Position numbers and translations under genes: made by a program. A stretch of 63,923 bases of DNA, the filler included, from Choristocarpus tenellus KU-1152 (taxonomy: Eukaryota; Protista; Phaeophyceae), in assembly GCA_964200185.2 (NCBI GenBank). It is 10 parts of 10 records of this genome, joined end to end, with 100 filler letters (N's around TTAATTAATTAA, not from the genome) between each part and the next. Parts side by side here need not be neighbours in the genome. Positions count along the whole stretch, not along the records: positions 44,604 to 54,642 come from CAXNAD020003188.1; positions 54,743 to 57,312 come from CAXNAD020026684.1; positions 57,413 to 61,238 come from CAXNAD020017713.1; positions 61,339 to 63,923 come from CAXNAD020026537.1; 6 more parts are not named here. One strand, given 5' to 3'. Shown here one piece after another: positions 52,607 to 63,923 of this stretch. Below the pieces are notes generated by a model, which had not been told where the DNA came from, ran no database searches, and worked only from the letters and a program-made list of their open reading frames with translations. Every line of letters starts with the position of its first letter. The stretch's first letter is position 1.

Positions 52607-53091
52607 TTTATTATTATTATTTTTGATGTGCGACAGGTTAGGGTGCCGGAGATGAGAGGGGGCATGGTCTTGAATGGACCCAGAGTACTGCATGAGGACT
52701 GCATACGACTATTTGCTGGTAGCAGGGTGATCAACTCGCTAGGTGATGACATACTGTGACGCCCAGAATATATTAGCAAAACCCCCTATGTTCTGGGCTG
52801 GCGCTTGCACCCACATTTGAGTTGGAAGGCGTAGTGTGTTCTTGACGTCGTTGTTGGTGTAGGTGTTTGTTATAAAGAGTCCAGCGCACACTAGAGCAAG
52901 TACAGCGTTTTGATGCCTTTTGTGTAGACTACAGGGTGACAAACTGATGAATGCTTTGCACTGCTGGTACACTTCTCTGCAGGTGGCCATCCGGGAGCGA
53001 TCACTGGTGTGAGTGGCATGCTGGAGGGAAAGGACTTACTCCAGGATGAGGACGATTTTGTGCTGAACATCATACCTCAACAACACCAAAG
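47319..53091 (+). CDS. CHAT (caspase-fold) pseudo-protease fused to a STAND/NB-ARC-like P-loop NTPase (NLR-like); 3' end not in contig
   Basis: Thirteen phase-compatible GT-AG exons: 47319-47467, 47594-47723, 47888-47962, 48117-48183, 48432-48564, 49090-49252, 49483-49569, 49821-49973, 51162-51280, 51656-51740, 51979-52068, 52637-52742, 52983-53091. CHAT-like: LVHLFTAPLV...LDYEMERAAI, GCRVMHLTWNG, VPCED, VVVLSGRS, AGIKHVVAV, FTKTFYEELLQGFTLQDSFDQA. STAND: FLGQE, VICVKGPSGIGKT, CLALLDG, LQVLVT, LEDLSAAELF, LGGHP. Confidence 0.85.
50356..50451. repeat. Minisatellite, 16-bp unit ATGAAGGTGATAGGCT x5 plus degenerate units
   Basis: Direct tandem units in intron 8 of the CHAT-STAND gene. Confidence 0.95.
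50865..50992. repeat. Minisatellite, 22-bp unit TTGATTGTTTTGACYAATTGGA x ~5.8
   Basis: Direct tandem units; contains the palindrome CCAATTGG. Confidence 0.95.
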
Positions 53092-54828
53092 GTGAGAACT
53101 TGTTGGGCAAGTAAGTAAGGGTGTTGTTGTCCTCTCCTCTGCAATGTACTATGAGCTAGCTGCCTGAACTCTGGTTGTGGCAGGCGATCGTGTGGAAGCT
53201 TGTAGACATTTAAATGATAAAATGATAAAATGTTTGCAGAGCTTTGGTCTTCTCCTACAAATCTGAAAAATGTGATGGCCACCTTCATACCAAGGGATAC
53301 CATTCAAGTGTCAAAATAATACTATATATTGTAGTTGATGTCATAATTATAATAATAATTAAGTCTCAAAACAAAAGATATATATATATATATATCTTAT
53401 ATGATACTACATTTTTCCTGAAGTGATTGAAAAGGTGGATGTGTCTCTACCCGGGAGGAGGTAGGGGGTGAGATATGTTTTTTGATATGTTTTCTTGTTT
53501 TTGTTTTTTGACAGATTGCTGAAACTGATTTTCTGTCAATTGCTTATGTAATGCTTCTGTGTGATAAAAAAAGTGGGGGGGGGAGGGGGGCGGAGCCAAA
53601 GATGATAACCCTACTTTGATACAGTTACTGGTCTTGTCTGGTAAGCCAAGACCCCCTAGTCAATATATTGAGAGGTGGGGTGTTGTTGGATGGATGACAG
53701 GTGGTTCTATAGAACCTATCCCCAGTATCAAGGTTATCTTTTTGTAGAAGTTGAGCAACGTTATGAAAGGTTGACCTGTGTGTGGAAGGAGTATCACCAT
53801 CTATCTCCCTGTATCTTTTGAACCAAAATACTGGACATGTACTGAGGGGGTGGTTACTATCCTCCGTTCACTTGTCAGCAATCTTTTAGAGGCCAAGAAG
53901 ACTTGAAACGGGGGATCAATACCCTCCAAGTATTTCCCTTTTTTATATCGCTATGTTGCAATCGGTCACCGTGTAAGGATCCCTCACTGTGTTCTGTCCT
54001 TTATGGCATGCACTCTAGGTGCTCGATCTGTAAGAGCTCGCCAAGCCTGTTGGTGGGATTGATTGTGATCGTCAAGGTTGTATTGATAGTGATCGTCAAG
54101 GTTGTATTGATTTTTGTCGAATGTAGCTTAAGGGTTAGGGTTCACTCTGCAGTTTCAATAAAGTGGTTACGCTTTTTTCAAAAGTCCCCCACCCCCCCCC
54201 GTATGGTTGTTCTGTTGGGATCTTAAGTGTTTCTTTGTGCACTACGTATATAATTACACCAACTGAGTTCTTCTCACTCTTTTTCCGTTTAACTCTTTTT
54301 CTACACTGTTCCATTTTGTTAGTATCAGTGCATCTCACCGATGTGTACGTGTGAATCCTACAAGCCACCTTTCAATCAGAAGTTGAGAACTCCTCACACT
54401 GCTGATACAAATAGCTGTGCTGTGATAGTCATCTTCCGACAAAGGTACACCTTTAAGGTGACCTTCCTTGAGAAGATGTACTTCTTCAAGGTCTCATACC
54501 GTGTGACATCTGCATTTGATTGTTGATTGTTGATTGTTGATTGACCCATCTTTCGCGTTCCTGCAAAAAATGCCAACTACCTAGCCTGCTTGTTGTAAAG
54601 TAAAGTAAAAGAAGGGCATGTTGGGTCAAAGTATCTGGGGGGNNNNNNNNNNNNNNNNNNNNNNNNNNNNNNNNNNNNNNNNNNNNTTAATTAATTAANN
54701 NNNNNNNNNNNNNNNNNNNNNNNNNNNNNNNNNNNNNNNNNNGTTTGTGCGTGCGTAGTGTGTGTGTGGGGCGCCTGTGGGGGGATTGGGGGGGGGGGGG
54801 GGGGGGGGTCGGGGGGGGGGGGGGCAGG

Positions 54829-57312
54829 GAGACCTTGCTGGGGGAAGAGAGTCCTTTCGACACCAGCATTAGAGTTGAAGGTGATGCGCGAATGCTGAGT
54901 GGGGAAGGGGGGGAGGAACAAGAGGAAGAACATATATCAGAGGCTAGTCTTGTGCGGCATGAGGGTGGTCGGGTTTGGGCCCAACTTGGTTGGCGTGTGG
55001 AGGTGAGATGTTCCATCTGATTGCGTCACTTGCTGCTCCTGCATGAGGAAGTGTTGCTATTGTTTGTGCACGCGCCTGTGCTCCATTTTTTGTTCCTCCT
55101 ATATCCTTAATGGTGCTGTGTTTCCTTGAATCTACAAGAGATACGGAGTGTTCAGCACGTTGAAGAAGTTCCTTGGAACATATTTTTGTAACAAGGTGTC
55201 GCCGCCAGTCTTGCTTTGTCCATCGGGCTTTTTGCATGCACACCTGGTGGGAGGGAGTGGATGAACTTTATGTCATCCATAGCCTCTTGATCAGGATGGG
55301 ACTCGTTGAAAGGGACAGGGAGGAGGGCATGCTTGGCACGCATATTTTTTGTGTCAAGTACAAAGACATTAGTGTTCAATCATGTCCATCGTTTTTATTC
55401 ATCCGCCCCGTTATGTACTATGATCTTCCCAACCCTACCCATTTCCCACACAGGCCCATTTTGGTTTTTCTATCTTCCCATCCTCGCTGTGGAAAGAACT
55501 AGGAAACGAGGTGTTTAATGCATCCCCTTTTCCCCACCCCCCCAAACGGACAAGGAACTTCCATTGCCAAAACCCCCCATATATTTCTGACACTTACCCT
55601 TGAACATACAACCAGGTGCCGATTGAGATCAACTCTGCCTTTGTAACTTATGTACACTCTCAGAGCATTAGACTCTCTGTGTGGAGGGGTCCGCGATGGG
55701 CCTGGCCTCGACAAGGTCTTGCTGTTGGCTGTGCCAATGTGACCCTTCGCCCACTTCTTGCTTCCTTGGAAGGCATTGGCGGTGGACCTCTCCAACTAGA
55801 GTCTACCACTGCTTTGGCTGGTGCTGCACCCAGTGCTGGGGCACAAGAGGGAGAGGCGACGGCAAACTTCAGCATATACTTCAAACACAGAGGCCTTGTG
55901 TCTTCAGAGAACGGTGTACTGGGCGTAGCAAGTGAGTCCTTCCATTCACAGAGACTGCCGAGGGCGGGGGGGGTTGGGCATCATCATGTGGTGCATGGTC
56001 CCCACCAGATGGAGGCCTTGGATGCCGGGAATATTATCAAGGATATCAAGGAGAAGGAGAAAGGAGGCAGCAATAGTCAAGGGTGGGAGTTCCCCGAGGG
56101 GACAGCATGGGCGTGGAGGATGCCTTCAAAGCCTGAGCATGAATTGGTTGAAAAAGAGGGTAGCCCTTGGATGAGAAGCGACAATAGAGGGCAAGAAGAA
56201 TATGTGTCCGCTCTGACGACTTGCTCGCGCCTGCCCGTCCCTTCTCCCATGACCACACTGGGCACTATTACCCCGTACCCAACCCCAAAAAATCCGGCTC
56301 CTTCTGGAGAAAACGTGTCAGCTGAGTCAATGATGGGCTCTGCCGCCTCAGCCGTGGATGATACCGGAGGTGTCACGTTGTGTGTCTTTGTAGAGCGAGC
56401 ACTTCGACTCCCTTCGATCTTAATATCGTGTGACAGTGAATGCCAGGAAGTGACAGAGACACCCCCAACGACATATGTGACTTTCCGATGGGAGGAGGGG
56501 GGTAAGCCACCGCTTCGATCGCCCTTTGTGGTGGGCCCTGCGGCTTCAGGTGGGGACATGGCAGCCTGCAGCAACTGGAGACCTCGCCAGGTGTGTCTTC
56601 AGTGTGCCCTTGCTTGCAGTTGGCTTGTTTTTATCTCTTTGGGGTCAATCTACCATAGGTTACGGTGTTTTTCTGTTGTCGTGATTGCTTCGTTCATTCC
56701 CTCATCACCTGAGGTTGTAGGCTCCTTTTTTCACTTTTGTGCTTGTTGGCAATAATACACAGTAGAGTGTTCAGTCCTCTCTACACAATACTGTATGCCA
56801 AGAACATTTTCTTGTAGAGCAACCCTTACACCTAGGTGTACTCTCTACTCTTGTTTTCATAATGCCTCATGCTGCCCCACCTCTTTGCTTGACGTGTATC
56901 AAATTTCAATGTTGTTACAGTAACGCAACCTGTCCCCTCTGGGCCCCCACATCTACAATTTTTCCTTTGTAGATAGTTGTGGATGAGGATGGAGAGGTGG
57001 TCACACCTGCAGTGGAAAACACATGTAATCCTGTCTATTCTCATGCTACTGAGCTCCATCTACGCAATGGCAGTCAGGAGTGGCAACACCTTTGTGGCCC
57101 TTCAGCAGCCCTGGTGTTCCGTGTATGGAGACGGATGCAATGCAGCTGGTGGAATGGAGGAGGGAGGGACTGCATTGGTGGTGATGACTGCAGCATCTTG
57201 ACATCTGATGCTGCTGCTCGAACTGTTGAAGATTTTGCTACCAGCCCAAGGGGAGGTGGGGGGGAGGCTCCCCTTCCTGGCACCCGACTCGGTGACAAAC
57301 TTATAGGTTCAG
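54829..57312 (+). CDS. Internal fragment of a large multi-C2-domain protein (C2CD3-like centriolar protein)
   Basis: Exons ~54829-55002, 55616-56590 and 56973-57312. C2-like segments: VEVPIEINSAFVTYVHSQSIRLSVWRG...VGCANVTLRPLL; TLCVFVERALRLP...PPTTYVTFRW; VVTPAVENTCNPVYSHATEL...LVFRVWRR...DKLIGS. C2CD3 orthology is inferred. Confidence 0.7.
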
Positions 57313-57412
57313 NNNNNNNNNNNNNNNNNNNNNNNNNNNNNNNNNNNNNNNNNNNNTTAATTAATTAANNNNNNNNNNNNNNNNNNNNNNNNNNNNNNNN
57401 NNNNNNNNNNNN

Positions 57413-57447
<35 letters not shown>

Positions 57448-60400
57448 GGGGGGTGAAAGGAGGTGCAGATGCCTGGCAAAGTCTTCAGGCATCGGTGCTT
57501 GAGAACGCTCAGGTTTGTATAAGAGTAAAGGCGAAGGTAGAGGTAGATGGTCCATGTCTTGTCGTGTCTTGTCTTGTCCCTGAAGGAATTAGGGGTGTTG
57601 TCTCGAGGGGAGGGGCAGGAGGAGCGAAGTTTGTGTCTTCTTTTTTTTTTAGATGTTTATTTTTTTATTATTATATTATTGTTGTTATTGTCGCAAGAGA
57701 AAGAAAAAAGATGTAGAAAGAGAGTACAACCAACAGGATGACGTAAGGCGGTACAGGACAACAATGATCGTACTAACCCTAACTCTGGAGTGTTTGTGGA
57801 TCCAAACCTAACCCTATGTATCCAACCATAACCCTAAACAAGAGTCTTCCGACTTTTCGCATGAGACTAGATCATCTGACATGACATGAGTCTTATGACT
57901 TTTGACAATGGATCAATTTCTGGTTCATTTCATAATCCCGTTCTGTCACTGGTTCACTGCTACTTACAGCTACTCGGATGTGCCCTTTGTTTTTTTTTGC
58001 ATTTTGGAGACTTTTGATAAGATATAGATATAGATTACAGAATATTATTTAGAGTATAAATTGGAGAATGTTATTAAGATTTAGATTGCAGAATATTAAT
58101 AAGAATATAAATTGGAGAATGTTAGTAAGGTATAGATTGCAGAATATTAATAAGAATAGAAACTCTCGTCTTGGTGTGGGCAGCACAGCGCAATCCTGTG
58201 CTTTTTTTTTTAGGTGGATGCCTCCATAAGGTATAAAAACGTACAGTGGTTAGGGTTAGGGTTTTGGTATACATTGGTTTGGGGATACCCGCTCCTGCTG
58301 ATACGTACATTGGTTTGGAATTTCATCTTTTTTCTTTTCACAAGGTTAGGGTTAGGGCAAGCCCCACCCCAATGCTTACTTTTCATTTCCTTTGTTGTTG
58401 GTCGAGTATTTTTTTACTATCTGTAGTCTGTATCACACTTACACACTTACTATCTGTATCACACGCAAAAGTCTGTGCTCTGACAATGGGGTCTTCGCCT
58501 TGCATCTTTTAAGCAATCCGAGGTTGAAAAGAAGCTCTTTGTGAGCAAGGGTTGTCTGATCAAACCCGTGTTACTTGTGCAGTTTGACGATATTTCAGTC
58601 TTGGTTTGATTGATGAGGGCATGCCACCGGCCGGGACCTTGATGAAAATTCTATGAAAATTCTAGGGGGTGTGGTTCTAACCAAGAGATGTTGAAGAAGA
58701 GATTCGGGAAGGCGTTGACCGTTTTGAAATGCGCATGTCTCTACTCCGTTGGTTGTTGGCGTCAATGGATTTTAAAAAGGAGAGTGTGGCGATGATGTTT
58801 GTGTGAGGGATATAGAGCTCCATTTGGATTACGTCGGAAGCCAACACATGTGCCGTGTATAGTCCAGATTCCGATTTCCTCTGTTACACGGGTTCTTGAT
58901 GTGGAGAAGACAGGCGTGCGTGCTTTTTTGTGTTGTCGCATGGCATGGAAATAACAATAGTCTTTGGTCATTATTGTTACTTGAAGTAGTAAAATTGTTT
59001 CGCCCTATAATAGCATGTTCCCCCCCCCCCCACCCCCACACCCCACCCCCTCCCCCACCTCCCACAATGCCCNNNNNNNNNNCCCCCACACACACACACT
59101 TTCCCCCCTTGCCTGCATCCCACGATGCCTTCTATTGTGCATGTCATGGTTCATTTTTTTGTTTTCCCGAGTGCTCATGCGTAGCTCTAGAGAAAACCAC
59201 ATAATTTTGCTCTGAATTGAACTGGATCGTCTTTGGTTCAATACCTGGAACAACCCTAACTCTAACCCTAGCAGAAAAGGTTTGATTATATATTCGATTG
59301 CTTGTTTTTTAAATCACAATGCAAGCAGGAGTGTGACTACTGAGTGTGTCCAAGGTCACAGAAGAACCACACCGATACATGCACTTCTCACAAGGTTTCG
59401 AAATTAACACCCACTATCCACTACACCTGCCACTGTTGATTGCTTCAGATCTGCATGCCGAGACCTCTGGGGCTAGGGTTAGGGTTAGGATTTTTTTCCT
59501 CGTGGTGCCACAGGGCACTCAGCGACCTGCATTCGTTTCTTGCCTTCCAGCTTGTGCGGCAGTTCAATCAGATTATTCGAAGAAATTTCCTAGTCTATTT
59601 AATTGTTTTGTAAAAATTGTTACTGTAAATTATTTTGGTTCATAACACTAGTTGTGCTACTAGTACCATCATGTATAGTGTTCTACTACTACTGCTATCA
59701 TTCATAGTGGTTTTGAACCCTTGTGTGAACATTCAAGACCACTCCTCAGACTACTTACTACACTTACTACTCCTCATCTCGCGTTACTCGTCATGATATT
59801 GTTGGTTGTTGGTTGTTGGTTTGTGACTGAAAGGAGCTGGCGTTGGAAGCCATGAAAGACGAGCTAGGGGATGAGGAACAGCAAGAACTGGAAGAGCAAG
59901 GCATTGAGGCTGAAAGGTACTTACTTAACACTGATCGCTGTTGTTGTTTACATGTTTTTGTTGTAGTGTGTGTGCTTGTTTTTTGAGAATAGAATTTTCA
60001 AAGGCCCTTCCTTTACATGTTTTTGAGAATAGAATTTTTGAAGGCTCTTGTGTTCGATCTATAGTCATGTCGAGTTGTTGATGTATCACTGCATCCATAG
60101 GTAGTGAGTGAGTCTGATTGTGTGACTTGGGAGGAGGTTTTACAACCTATATTGTATTGTAGTGCGGGAGGATGTGGGTTCAAATCCCGACTGGAATGCG
60201 TTTTTTTCCTACCTACAGCAAGACCATAGAAATAGAGTGTTTGGAGGGGTCCAGTTATTGAGCTCAATGGGAATTGCAAAGATCAAAGTGGCCGCTCAAG
60301 GAGCACACGTAGGCAATGGGGTTATGACCCTCTTGGGTTGTGCCCTAGCCTCTTCTGTGGTGAAGAGGTGAAGATTCCGATACACCAATGTATGATGTTG

Positions 60401-60861
60401 TGGTGGATCTGATTGGCTAGATGCGAAATGCAGACATATCCCATATGTGTAAATTTCACCCTTCTTCTTACCCTTAACCCTAACCCGAACGTATCAGCAA
60501 CGCTCTAAAAAATTATGTTATGTACACCTATCTACCTGCTTAAAAACACGCCATCCACCTCCAAGTGCACTTTGAAAACACGCAACACGCCTGCTCTTAC
60601 CCTGTCGACATGGTGGTACACCTTTGTCTCAGTGATCGCTGGAGAGTTTTATTGCTACAAACCTTTATCATGATGGTTACCGTGTGGTGGATGCTTGCTC
60701 TTTTTCTGTACTGTTTTACCCACTCCTCTCGTAGGGGCGATTTCAGTGAAGGAGGAGGAGAAGGAGGAGAAGGAGAAGGACATTCAGGGGCGGAGGATGT
60801 GCAGGGGGACAAGGGAAGCATCCCGGTGTTTGACGTCGTCGACAGTGATGAAGAAGACAAG
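57413..60861 (+). CDS. Internal exons of an acidic low-complexity protein
   Basis: Exons ~57413-57512 (GGADAWQSLQASVLENAQ), 59834-59916 (ELALEAMKDELGDEEQQELEEQGIEAE) and 60735-60861 (GDFSEGGGEGG...VFDVVDSDEEDK) join in phases 0 and 2. Confidence 0.6.
58031..58159. repeat. ~51-bp tandem repeat x2.5
   Basis: TAGATTRCAGAATATTAWTWAGARTATAAATTGGAGAATGTTA recurs. Confidence 0.8.
60091..60207 (+). repeat. tRNA-like (pseudo-tRNA or SINE head) sequence
   Basis: T-arm/B-box GTGGGTTCAAATCCCG; ends GCATCCA...TGGAATGC can pair like an acceptor stem; followed by T7. I could not build a clean cloverleaf. Confidence 0.3.
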
Positions 60862-63800
60862 GTAGTACCTAGTGAATCGTGTGCTTATCCTGTTCCTCAC
60901 AAACAATCTCGCATTCATATTGGTGAATGCAACAATCTCGGCAGGGACTGGGGGAAGGGTGACTGGAGAGGAAGGGTAGCGAGTGGTTGACCTTTGTAGG
61001 TGTGATACAAAGTGTGATATGCAGTAGGAACATTGCTCCACCTTTGTACTAAGTGTGATACCGTGTGATACCGCCTTTTGCAAGCGCTTGTACTTCTTTT
61101 TTTTTAGTGCCGAGGACGTGGTGCCTGGGGTGCAATCTAGGCAGGCGTGTTGAAGGCGGGGGGGGGGGGGGGGGGCCCCCCCTTCTTTTTTCGTAGGGTT
61201 GGGAAGAGCGGGGGGTGGGGGAAGAGGGGGGATCTCGGNNNNNNNNNNNNNNNNNNNNNNNNNNNNNNNNNNNNNNNNNNNNTTAATTAATTAANNNNNN
61301 NNNNNNNNNNNNNNNNNNNNNNNNNNNNNNNNNNNNNNGGGTGGGTGTGGGAATCCCCCTTGTATGTGTGTGGAAGTATTTGCATGGTGTGTATATGCCC
61401 CGCCCTAGAGCAAGCAGGTGTAATGATACATCACCAAGAGACAAGGAACCAACACAACAATGGTGGGAATATGGGGCATGGACAAGCCATATTGTGAGTA
61501 TGGCTGTGAGCACTATTTAAATACTACATAGTACACATGTTACGCAACCTCCTGCAAAACTGAAGTTGAAAGTGAACAAAATATTTTGTCTGTACTATCC
61601 AATCTTGGGTGCCCAACAGCAGGGAAAGAAGGATATGCTCATATTTGCCTATGAGAGGCATGCACCCTTTAGTGGAACCTACACATGACACAGAAGTGGA
61701 AAAACTCCAGTCAGGAATTCTCCAACCTGCCAGGTGAAGAGGTGAAGAACTACTTGGGCAGTAGAGGATGGTGCCTCCTTCAGGATGGGACATTTATATG
61801 TTTGTTTCTCGCGTGCCATTATGTTCAGAGGAGGTTACTCCAGTTTGTGTGCTCTTCTGTAGTAGCTCTCTGAGCTAAAATATATGAGAGAGGCACCCAG
61901 ATTTTAGCCGTTTTGCGTTATAGTTCATTTTTTCAGTACTTTGCAATTCACCGATATTTGTATGGATTAAGTGCTAAGTTTGAGTTGAGAGGGTTAATTT
62001 CTCTATTGTTTGAAAGTTTTGGACACAATTGTTCAGAGAATATCCTACACACATTTGTAAAAAAAAATCGAATTTTGGACATATTGGCCAGCATCCTGAA
62101 AATGCAACTCTGGGTACCTCTCGTTTACGTTAATTCTCATTTCTAACCTAAAGTTCTTGGTCAGTATTGCGAAAGCCACAGTGAACTCAATGCAACCTTA
62201 GTCTCATCAGAATTGGGGAGGTGGTGGATTGACAGGAGAAAACCATCAGAACGATTGACCTATGGGGACTTTGTTTGAGGCAACCAGCTCGTTGTCTGTC
62301 TCCTCACAAAACTGTTCGTAGTAGACACTATAGAACAACAAATAAATACTGTGTGGATACAAGAGTCCACAAGCAAAATCCTCAGTGACGTAGTGCTCAT
62401 GCCTTGCTCAAAGATAGCATTATTTGTGGGAAAAGAGTTAGTCTGTGCTGTCCTTGAGGGGGAAGGTGCTGCCGAAGTCAAGGGAGGGTAGATGGATATC
62501 ATGACATTAGCTTGAGTGTCTGACTGTCTTGACGTGACCCTCCTCCTGCCTGTATACTCGAAGCATTGTGTGATCATGGGGTGTAAGTACAAGAGGACCC
62601 AAGTCTGGAATTTGTGGGATACAAAGATGACAACTCGGTTGGATACTACATTCCTTACACCAAACAAAAACACAGTGAAGTTATACACACTAAAAAACTA
62701 GTGTACTGCAAGAAGTCAAGTGACGGGAAAAGATGAGAAAAACAGGTGGCGCTGGTCAGACAGATTCACCTGATCATCACATCCATTGTTGTCCAAAATA
62801 TCAACATCAAGTGGGTTTTCACCTCTCATATAACAGACAGTACTGCGTTGATGATACACTTCCTATATCATTATTACGCACACCCAATCCAGTCAGCAAA
62901 TCACTGAAAATCATCAGTGGGCAGGATGGGTATGACATTATGATATATACAGGTGAAAACAAATCACTTGACGTAGCAGGCTGCCAATTGTTTCTTTCGA
63001 GGTCATACTACCGAGCCAACCAACCGAGAGGTAGTCAGGTTTGGACTCTTTTTGTACTCTTAGCCATCTTTTCTTACCCTCTGCAATACACTCTATTTCA
63101 TTGCTTTTGTGTTCACGACAATGTATGCAAGTTGATATTCCCCCTTTCCGTACACAAAGTGAAACCACAATTCAGCAAAGGATCTTACTGCAATTGTACT
63201 AAATGACATATTTTTGCCTTTTGTCGGGGTCCTTAAAATGCAACTCTGCCTTACCTCGTTTGGTTTTGAGTCTACTGTGTCGCACACTAAACCATAATCC
63301 TATCATAAGTGCTGTTGCCGTACAACTTGATGACTGTTATAATGCATGTTATGTACGTTGAGTTCTCTTGTATGTTGCTTCGTTCGGCCCCATAACAACA
63401 ATCAGTGGGCATAGAGAGTGTAGTGAGTGTCCTCATACTTCGTAGTAGTTGATGAGGAGTGTATTCCCTGCATGAATTTTGTGGGTTTCAATGCTAGATT
63501 TCTTTTTTAAGGAATCTGGTTTCAATCATGCAAAGCCTATCCTGCAAATATTCCCCTGTCATCCTATCTATCGCCATATCACAATAAGGCAGGGGTAAAA
63601 AAAAAAAAGATCAAGACTTTATTGCCAAATGACACTGAAACGGATCCGCAAGAGATTCAAGGGAGGAGGTGTAGAGTGACGAGGGGCAGGACAGTTGAAC
63701 CCAACATCCGAGAAGCAAGGCTTGAAGTGAAGCAGTGCAATAAATAGTTACAACCGTAGTAGATAGTATCAGAAGTAGTGAGTGTCTAGTACCTTTGACT

Positions 63801-63923
63801 ACAGACCAGAACATTCCTATGACTAAAGCGACAAACGATCATTTTAAAAATCTAGATTCACTAAGGGGAAATTTGATACTACTGTATACAATTATCCATA
63901 TGGTTAAAATTATCTGGGGGGGG

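Noticed and set aside
61339-63900. Gene on the last contig
   Set aside because: Coding-like patches (e.g. 62210-62700) contain stops and no recognisable motif or consistent splice model.

Overview
This is eukaryotic nuclear DNA, not one contiguous locus. Ten draft contigs (1-15102, 15203-17918, 18019-22756, 22857-37596, 37697-41182, 41283-44503, 44604-54642, 54743-57312, 57413-61238, 61339-63923) are joined by artificial 100-nt N44-TTAATTAATTAA-N44 linkers. GT-AG introns, short exons, long repeat-filled introns and interstitial TTAGGG arrays suggest a stramenopile, probably a brown alga (inference). Genes rebuilt by hand-splicing: (i) the 5' part of a DnaJ/Hsp40 gene with an N-terminal signal-peptide-like extension; (ii) the 5' half of a bacterial-type EttA/ChvD ABC-F ATPase with an Arg-rich, mitochondrial-type presequence; (iii) head-to-head with it, a Q/P-rich NPF/DPF-motif protein with PDZ and PH domains; (iv) a 13+-exon gene for a CHAT (caspase-fold) domain with both catalytic residues substituted, fused to a STAND/NB-ARC-type P-loop NTPase; (v) head-to-head with that, a small uncharacterised Cys-rich gene; (vi) a multi-C2 (C2CD3-like) fragment and two low-complexity gene fragments. 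The rest is mostly mobile DNA: Sola2-like MITEs with 4-bp TSDs (a sister family with G-run termini coincides with many contig breaks), a TA-flanked foldback MITE, a deleted pogo element, a Ty3/Gypsy integrase remnant, an IS630/Tc1-like transposase remnant and minisatellites. The best candidate for an undescribed system is the pseudo-CHAT-STAND NLR-like gene with its divergent partner. No database searches were run.
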